From an uncultured virus (IMG/VR IMGVR_UViG_3300027801_000017) (Duplodnaviria > Heunggongvirae > Uroviricota > Caudoviricetes > Crassvirales), in IMG/VR virus record IMGVR_UViG_3300027801_000017: a DNA stretch of 64,000 nucleotides. One strand, given 5' to 3'. The position numbers and the translations under genes are program-made. The notes below the pieces were generated by a model, which worked only from the letters and a program-made list of their open reading frames with translations, was not told the origin of the DNA and did not search any database. Shown here piece after piece: positions 60,401 to 64,000 of the stretch. How positions within the stretch are numbered: position 1 is the stretch's first letter; each line of letters begins with the position of its first letter.

Positions 60401-63400
60401 TAAAATAATTAAAGACGTAAGTAATAAAAAAACGGGTATTGAAAGTGAGATAAAATATTCTCAAGAGATGGTTAAGGTACTTGAAAGTATAGAAAGATAT
60501 GAAACGTCAACAAGTGAGGGATTCGTTAGCGTCTCTAAAGGGGGTATCAAAAATGATAAACAGTTAGAAAATGCATATTTAAGATTAGAAGAATTAGAAT
60601 TTTATAATATATACAATTTAGAGGTTAAATCTGGAAACAACTCTTCTTTAACAAATCTGATGACTAAAGTAGAGCAATTCCAAACTGAGGGTAAGTCATT
60701 ATCCACTATACTTAGAAAAGAAAGAGCCATAGAAAAGGCAAAAATAAAAGAGGGGGCAGTAGTAGCTCTCAAGTGGGATGGGTCTAACTTTGCTAAGTGG
60801 TGGAAGAAAAAGTTTAAGACTAAAGAGACGTTTACAGAAGATTTTAACAAAGGAAGAACATGGTATGATGTGTCTGGAGAAAAATCACACTATAATATTA
60901 TTAGGACTATAGACATGTTTAATAATAAGGATGGTAAGGGAGTGGATTATTACAAAAAGAATGTTTATGAATCTTATTTTGATGCCAATAGAAATAAAAT
61001 GAAAGACGAGATGGCTCTTACAAATGAAATGAATGCGGAAATATCAAAGATTTATGGTATTACAAAAGGGAAGGGGAATATATTCACAACAAAATCAACC
61101 TATATAACAGCAGAAGTAGGTGCGAAACTTACTGAGTTAGGTATCTCAAAAAAACAGCCTTTTACACAAATCAACTTTGAAGGAAAAACAGAGACAGTAT
61201 TTAAAAGTGATTTTGGAATGTTAGAGTTATGGCTAATAGCAAAAAATCCTCTAGAGAAAGCTCCATTAGAGAGAATGGGATGGACTCCTGAAAAATTAAA
61301 AGACTTAGATAATCATTTAAGCCCTAAATTAAAAAAACTAGGAGAATTTATGATGGAAAAGTTAAACGGGGAAAGATATGATAAATATAGTGCTCGTTAT
61401 CAGGAAAATAAGGGGATAGGCTTACCTAGGGAGGCAAGTGCTCCTTATTACTGGCCTAGGCGACCAGATGAGGCATGGTCTAATATAGGTAAATCAGAAC
61501 CTTCTTGGGATAATTCAAGTTGGAATAATTTTTCTTCTACTATTCAAGTTGGTCATCATAAATCAAGAACGAGTACTGCTCCTTTTAAATATGATAATGC
61601 TATAGCTACTTATATGGGTTATATAAATAAAATGGAACATTATCATCATTTCCAGAAACCAGTTGAAATTTATTCCACTGTATTTAAAGACCCTGCTGTA
61701 AGACAATCGCTAAATAAAAATTTTGGAACGTCTTATACTCAAGCCATGGATAGGCATATAGATAAAATGAAAGGAGAGTTCTCTGCGAAAGGTTGGGAGG
61801 TCTTTGATGCATTTTCATTGCAGTTTTCAAAGAACGTATTGTCTGCCAGCCCAGCTATTGCTGTAAAACAAGCAGCCTCTAGTGTGATATTTGCGTCTGT
61901 AACTCCTTTATCTTATACTATCAAATCCGCCCTATCAGGAGGGCAGTATGTAAAAAATATAGATGCTAAAACAACTAGCGCTTATATGATGCGGAAATAT
62001 AGGAGATATGAACTTGGTTATAATGAGCTTAGTCAGCAAAATATTTTCTTTAATGAAAGCTTTCTTGTTAAGAAATCAATTAAAGGGCAAGAAACATTCA
62101 ATAGAGCTTTTGGTAGTAATGTTGATTTATCTAAACCTGCCCGCAAGTTTTCTTCATTTAACAAGAAGTATGTTGAACCTGCAGCTGGATTTCTTTCTCA
62201 ACGTGGAGATAAGGTTGGAATGACTTGGTTAGGTCAGGGGTATTTAGATTATAAATATGATTATTATGCTAGTCGTAAAAATGAGACTACAGGGAAATTG
62301 TATACTAAAAAAGAAGCTACAATTGAGGCGGTTAGAGATTATGAGATGCTTGCTCTTAGTACTCAGCAAACAGATATGGCTATGGAGACATCTAGGTGGA
62401 GACAAGATATGGGGTCGTTTGGTAAGCTTCTGACTACATTTACAACATCTATGTCTGCTGTACGAGAATTTACTGTCCTTAGTCAACAAGAAATGATTAA
62501 CGGAAAAAATGTAAAGCAAAATGCTAAAAAAGTAGCTGTTTCTTCTGTACTTTTGGGAACGATATTTGCTTTTTTAAATAATGGAACATTATCTGATGAA
62601 AAAGATGTTGCTTACGCTATAGCAAAAACTAATATTCAAGGATTTATGTTTGCAGGTAAAGTGATTGATAATATGAAAGGTATGGATAGATATAAGCCAT
62701 CATCCCAAGTCCCTTTTGAGTCGCATGTCTACAAAATTAGGGGGTTATATTTAAATAATAAGAAGAGTAATGATAAGTGGGAAAAACAGATAGATGACTA
62801 CGCATTAGGTAAAATTAACCTCACAGAGAAGGAATTAAATGTGCTTCGTCTAGAGAATAAGCAGAGGAAAGATAAATACTTGAAGAGTCTAGGGTTAGAG
62901 TTATCAGTTTTCGGTTTACCTATTAGCTTAAAGAATATAAATAAAATTGCAACTAATGCGGAAAGTGCTTATTACAATGAGATGAAACTTCAACATTTAA
63001 ATAAACAATTATTATTATTAACGAGCAAGAGCAAAGAGAACATCTCGGCTGAAGATATTGTAGAAACTAGTTTAGCAAAAAAAGTTTTACTTTTAAATCC
63101 CTCTAAATACCAAGAAGGAAAAACAGTGCTAGAATTATTTACGGGTCAAGAAAAACATCCAGATGAATGGTTTACATTAAGAAATACTTTAAATGATAAC
63201 TGGGAGCAAGTGATGGCGATTGAAAAATTTAAGAAAAATAACGCTGAACCATACGATACCGATAAATTTCTAGAATATTATATTTTAAATAAAAATTACA
63301 AAACATCAGAGGAAAAAATAAGAAAAGAACAGATGGAGCTTTTAAAAATTCTAGAATTAAGGGATATGAAGAATAAGGAAGAGAAGGAAGAGAAGGTAAA

Positions 63401-63449
63401 CCCAGTAGAAGAGATGAGAAGGCAAAAAATATTAAAACCAGTTAAGTAG
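54456..63449 (+). CDS. Giant (2997 aa) polyvalent ejection protein with ART-like and GNAT-like inserts
   Basis: Position after the tail genes; YRVG/TTTS/EAE and RRQGKA motifs; no RNA-polymerase DxDGD/DFDID motif seen. Confidence 0.65.
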   Translation: MNEKFLELYEYLKSEGITDLSPEDFYNAYKDPNKAKDVYDFVSSEEMTDLNENDFFSAYFGTEVKKKDDSEVVTDTSEVVTDTSEVSESEVLSTGADETSETEEAVTPPINFDELTYFDFSSINRAVNGVEFSDDNIGHLSESKEEELLDLNINPHIQSLVSIGANMPEDANVAVTELSPSEKKTYDFNFSRYQKVLDNQNKVKEVNVQKGTNTGQYGFNLADASLPGLIPSLEGFGPFGGETTYNPVPGEDNYSNDPEVIAKAKVILDTDLPRARNKIIRIFKNKKKSYGLPSDITTATDEQLAEAFKKFNKENTYAKTGKSITTTMPISGGTSTEPTYEKDYININKKYLEKIFNNQFLVAKNNAQIELDKKVDEEKRTAIQNADSSILSRDVIGKRIYDFHKDYDYNNNMSTEEQRYSDAETVLEGLEVQLKKLTAEEKTPDDELITEWEKAKAELASAQKGLGDDIHPLYDPLTGERTDKLEGALDLTEQIKRHEKDALTFKGNIKNRYVTVSNREEDHRIMGGLMTRDLIVKDPRRWQKRANQEGFIIEPSDDGKSFIIKGVPLSKIGLYTSDILNKEVKNEAEEWNDKNAENIASRKVWMKMALTNIDPGKVDKSKTARFFEVLAGDGALAASFGMSDQKFVDFSVDEFTKAGIPLSPSLIKNMKRTWGMELTEQGAGFLPIAAQMWLGNKVLGAVGFAGWLKNTVQGLNTAKKFQRWNKFRGFILEASVEEVKMQTYGFHDGTGFGFTMAGRFMPAAGIFKFKGELARLNTVGNVVFDSGLKGAFALEFAGHVEAIVEDVKGGSAYGTFMEEQYPDVSTVGRRVILSGALFSIYGGMGLFGKGRSGMNIKNMESVVKELKQKGYNEEALKIQKNVDLYYEGKKKLSKEEQDILTENENGKGKEYNTDLTEAELKQRLKDMGGREVKPEAEVKAEEVKAEEVKVEEVKTTSETRESLEREVQKTWEELENTPETKFKKRRELNKKLDELIPKYEKLEAEVKPEAEVKEVEIPSSYNEKMKVYKQSDLGGGKGGKVNEKSDLVKEAETPEGKEYVKQEVEKLEKNEDGTITVYRVGNLNEGHNPTTTSKKTAETIAKERKAQGLSSQIIETNVKAEDISVVVPGVEAEIFVKVTKENQSRINENSNTLQEGQSLKSLQQRINELQKDVEKTEKDLTSGKIKGDIYTNSIKKKKTEISNLEKQINKKKSDSKSEKLTKLREEAAKSLNFKPEVKEVKVEETTGKEVKVEETTGKEVKEPEKEVVVPEKEVVEILLNKKDGVFAGIWNRGGFSASNKAGDKDAHSANTRKVQEKSEELQKLESNNPKVNEGEFSVSGTFEGSGYRAIVGKERGELSDIREKASQTEKMFFNEQTLENGDVVYSLINGKHRVRNREGYYAVNLTYKKGTEVKLNDVKNLLTTKMNDITTIITGVKSTVKPKVEPKVEPTVKEVTESIEEVKVEDSKSTNPSFEKGSMRNFSVDGGVLEIGRVNNASLSSILKLEVEKDSRRQGKAEVLLKRALNETKGELSGQASNDAAVALNYKLGMRVNGNETLSLKESQSERAQSAGESVSMVLPKNKRGDNYKPFKVEPTVKEKVIEPTVEPEYTKNNIINIKDPTDVLIQAKQKRKLANQKYNKMKDSLTEKQKNQFREESLKINNLIKNLEAEIVEKGVTGEKGEKEIQQYADKVIEGLESAKKTLKESGLTYSFILPGVNAKTLSVALDIGIASVKATKSAVIGLNKFKNSILTQLNIKKLTKAQEKQLNDFFNRNYDLSKQKVLSYTREIIKENKLDNVDSFIKEMESDPMFKKYDKQDLILLYNNSIKGSTLQLTNIKEKTENLKKGFFKGKTEEYKFTKQSKIEMDNVITEFNQFVETLDGSITASKETMRIIGNIKNKETLQTAINRIEELMSDKKVVEQVQEKENVINKITSLTNIKEGEGKVKKSLSGGININPTTKLTKEQSAKLSTINTKLDNINKIIKDVSNKKTGIESEIKYSQEMVKVLESIERYETSTSEGFVSVSKGGIKNDKQLENAYLRLEELEFYNIYNLEVKSGNNSSLTNLMTKVEQFQTEGKSLSTILRKERAIEKAKIKEGAVVALKWDGSNFAKWWKKKFKTKETFTEDFNKGRTWYDVSGEKSHYNIIRTIDMFNNKDGKGVDYYKKNVYESYFDANRNKMKDEMALTNEMNAEISKIYGITKGKGNIFTTKSTYITAEVGAKLTELGISKKQPFTQINFEGKTETVFKSDFGMLELWLIAKNPLEKAPLERMGWTPEKLKDLDNHLSPKLKKLGEFMMEKLNGERYDKYSARYQENKGIGLPREASAPYYWPRRPDEAWSNIGKSEPSWDNSSWNNFSSTIQVGHHKSRTSTAPFKYDNAIATYMGYINKMEHYHHFQKPVEIYSTVFKDPAVRQSLNKNFGTSYTQAMDRHIDKMKGEFSAKGWEVFDAFSLQFSKNVLSASPAIAVKQAASSVIFASVTPLSYTIKSALSGGQYVKNIDAKTTSAYMMRKYRRYELGYNELSQQNIFFNESFLVKKSIKGQETFNRAFGSNVDLSKPARKFSSFNKKYVEPAAGFLSQRGDKVGMTWLGQGYLDYKYDYYASRKNETTGKLYTKKEATIEAVRDYEMLALSTQQTDMAMETSRWRQDMGSFGKLLTTFTTSMSAVREFTVLSQQEMINGKNVKQNAKKVAVSSVLLGTIFAFLNNGTLSDEKDVAYAIAKTNIQGFMFAGKVIDNMKGMDRYKPSSQVPFESHVYKIRGLYLNNKKSNDKWEKQIDDYALGKINLTEKELNVLRLENKQRKDKYLKSLGLELSVFGLPISLKNINKIATNAESAYYNEMKLQHLNKQLLLLTSKSKENISAEDIVETSLAKKVLLLNPSKYQEGKTVLELFTGQEKHPDEWFTLRNTLNDNWEQVMAIEKFKKNNAEPYDTDKFLEYYILNKNYKTSEEKIRKEQMELLKILELRDMKNKEEKEEKVNPVEEMRRQKILKPVK

Positions 63450-63512
63450 GGAAAGAAATACAAAAGCTAATTATAAACAAGTAAATTACTAGGTTAAATC
63501 AAGAAAATTTAG

Positions 63513-63520
63513 TATTTTTG
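63513..63520 (+). promoter_or_regulatory. Possible -7 promoter element
   Basis: TATTTTTG upstream of ATG 63545. Confidence 0.4.
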
Positions 63521-63544
63521 TAGAATTAAAAAAAATAAAAAATT

Positions 63545-64000
63545 ATGTCGTATACAGATTATTTAGGACTAGGAATGGGAGGCCCTTCTATTTTAATGTC
63601 AGATGGAGATATTGCTCTTAATATTAGAGGATATGCTATTCAAGCATTAGAAACCTGCACATTTGCACAATTTGATTTAGACCAAACGCCTGCTTGTGGA
63701 ATTGAAAAGAAATTACAAATTACAGCTGTTACTATTGCTAGTGAAGAATTTACATTATCAGCAGCAGATGTAGCAACACTTAAAGTAGGAGATAAAGTTC
63801 TTTTGAATTGGGGGGGTGTAAATATACCTTTAGGTACTGTTAAGGATTCAGAGGGGAGACCAACTGAATTTAAAGATAGCTCTATATATTTCATCAAAAC
63901 TATTGACACTGCTAGTTATGAGGTTACTTTAGAAGAAACTTTAGGGGCTGGAGTGATTACACTAGATGATGTTGGTGCTTTATATGGAGCAAATACTTGG
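63545..64000 (+). CDS. Truncated hypothetical (probably structural) protein
   Basis: Open from ATG 63545 (MSYTDYLGLGMGG...) to the window end. Confidence 0.65.
   Translation, partial: MSYTDYLGLGMGGPSILMSDGDIALNIRGYAIQALETCTFAQFDLDQTPACGIEKKLQITAVTIASEEFTLSAADVATLKVGDKVLLNWGGVNIPLGTVKDSEGRPTEFKDSSIYFIKTIDTASYEVTLEETLGAGVITLDDVGALYGANTW

Noticed and set aside
54456..63449. crAss-type virion RNA polymerase
   Set aside because: No DxDGD/DFDID catalytic motif seen; structural genes carry host-type promoters
30189..63449. Stop-codon recoding as in some crAss-like phages
   Set aside because: Long genes are intact and densely packed under the standard code, and TAG acts as a stop
1..64000. tRNA genes, integrase or transposase
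   Set aside because: None recognised by eye; tRNAscan-SE/ARAGORN and HMM searches would be needed to exclude them

Overview
An AT-rich (roughly 30-33% GC by eye) tailed dsDNA phage segment. The host is almost certainly Bacteroidetes/Flavobacteriia: at least 12 TAnnTTTG promoter elements recur (most with TT(T)G 18-21 nt upstream) and leaders are AT-rich without Shine-Dalgarno motifs. The architecture is crAss-like/Cellulophaga-podovirus-like. Tail-fibre and lysis genes occupy 1-3.8 kb, followed by accessory Cys-repeat and phosphoesterase genes. A minus-strand replication/recombination module spans 10-16.3 kb (RusA-like, primase-helicase, HTH, SSB-like, RecE-like, annealing protein). A minus-strand array of more than 25 tiny early-type ORFs sharing a repeated leader spans 16.3-23.7 kb, and a non-coding putative terminus/origin zone lies at 23.7-24.7 kb. 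The plus-strand block carries GroES, terminase, portal, scaffold, major capsid, tail ring/stabilisation proteins and ejection proteins, including a 2997-aa polyvalent protein. The most striking signal is an RNA-level layer in the early region. Two canonical type I hammerhead ribozymes flank one small ORF, and each cuts exactly 24 nt upstream of a start codon. A ~385-nt structured 5' leader, a candidate sRNA antisense to the shared early leader, and a duplicated inverted ~92-bp iteron-like element were also found. All protein calls are by-eye motif recognition; no database searches were run.
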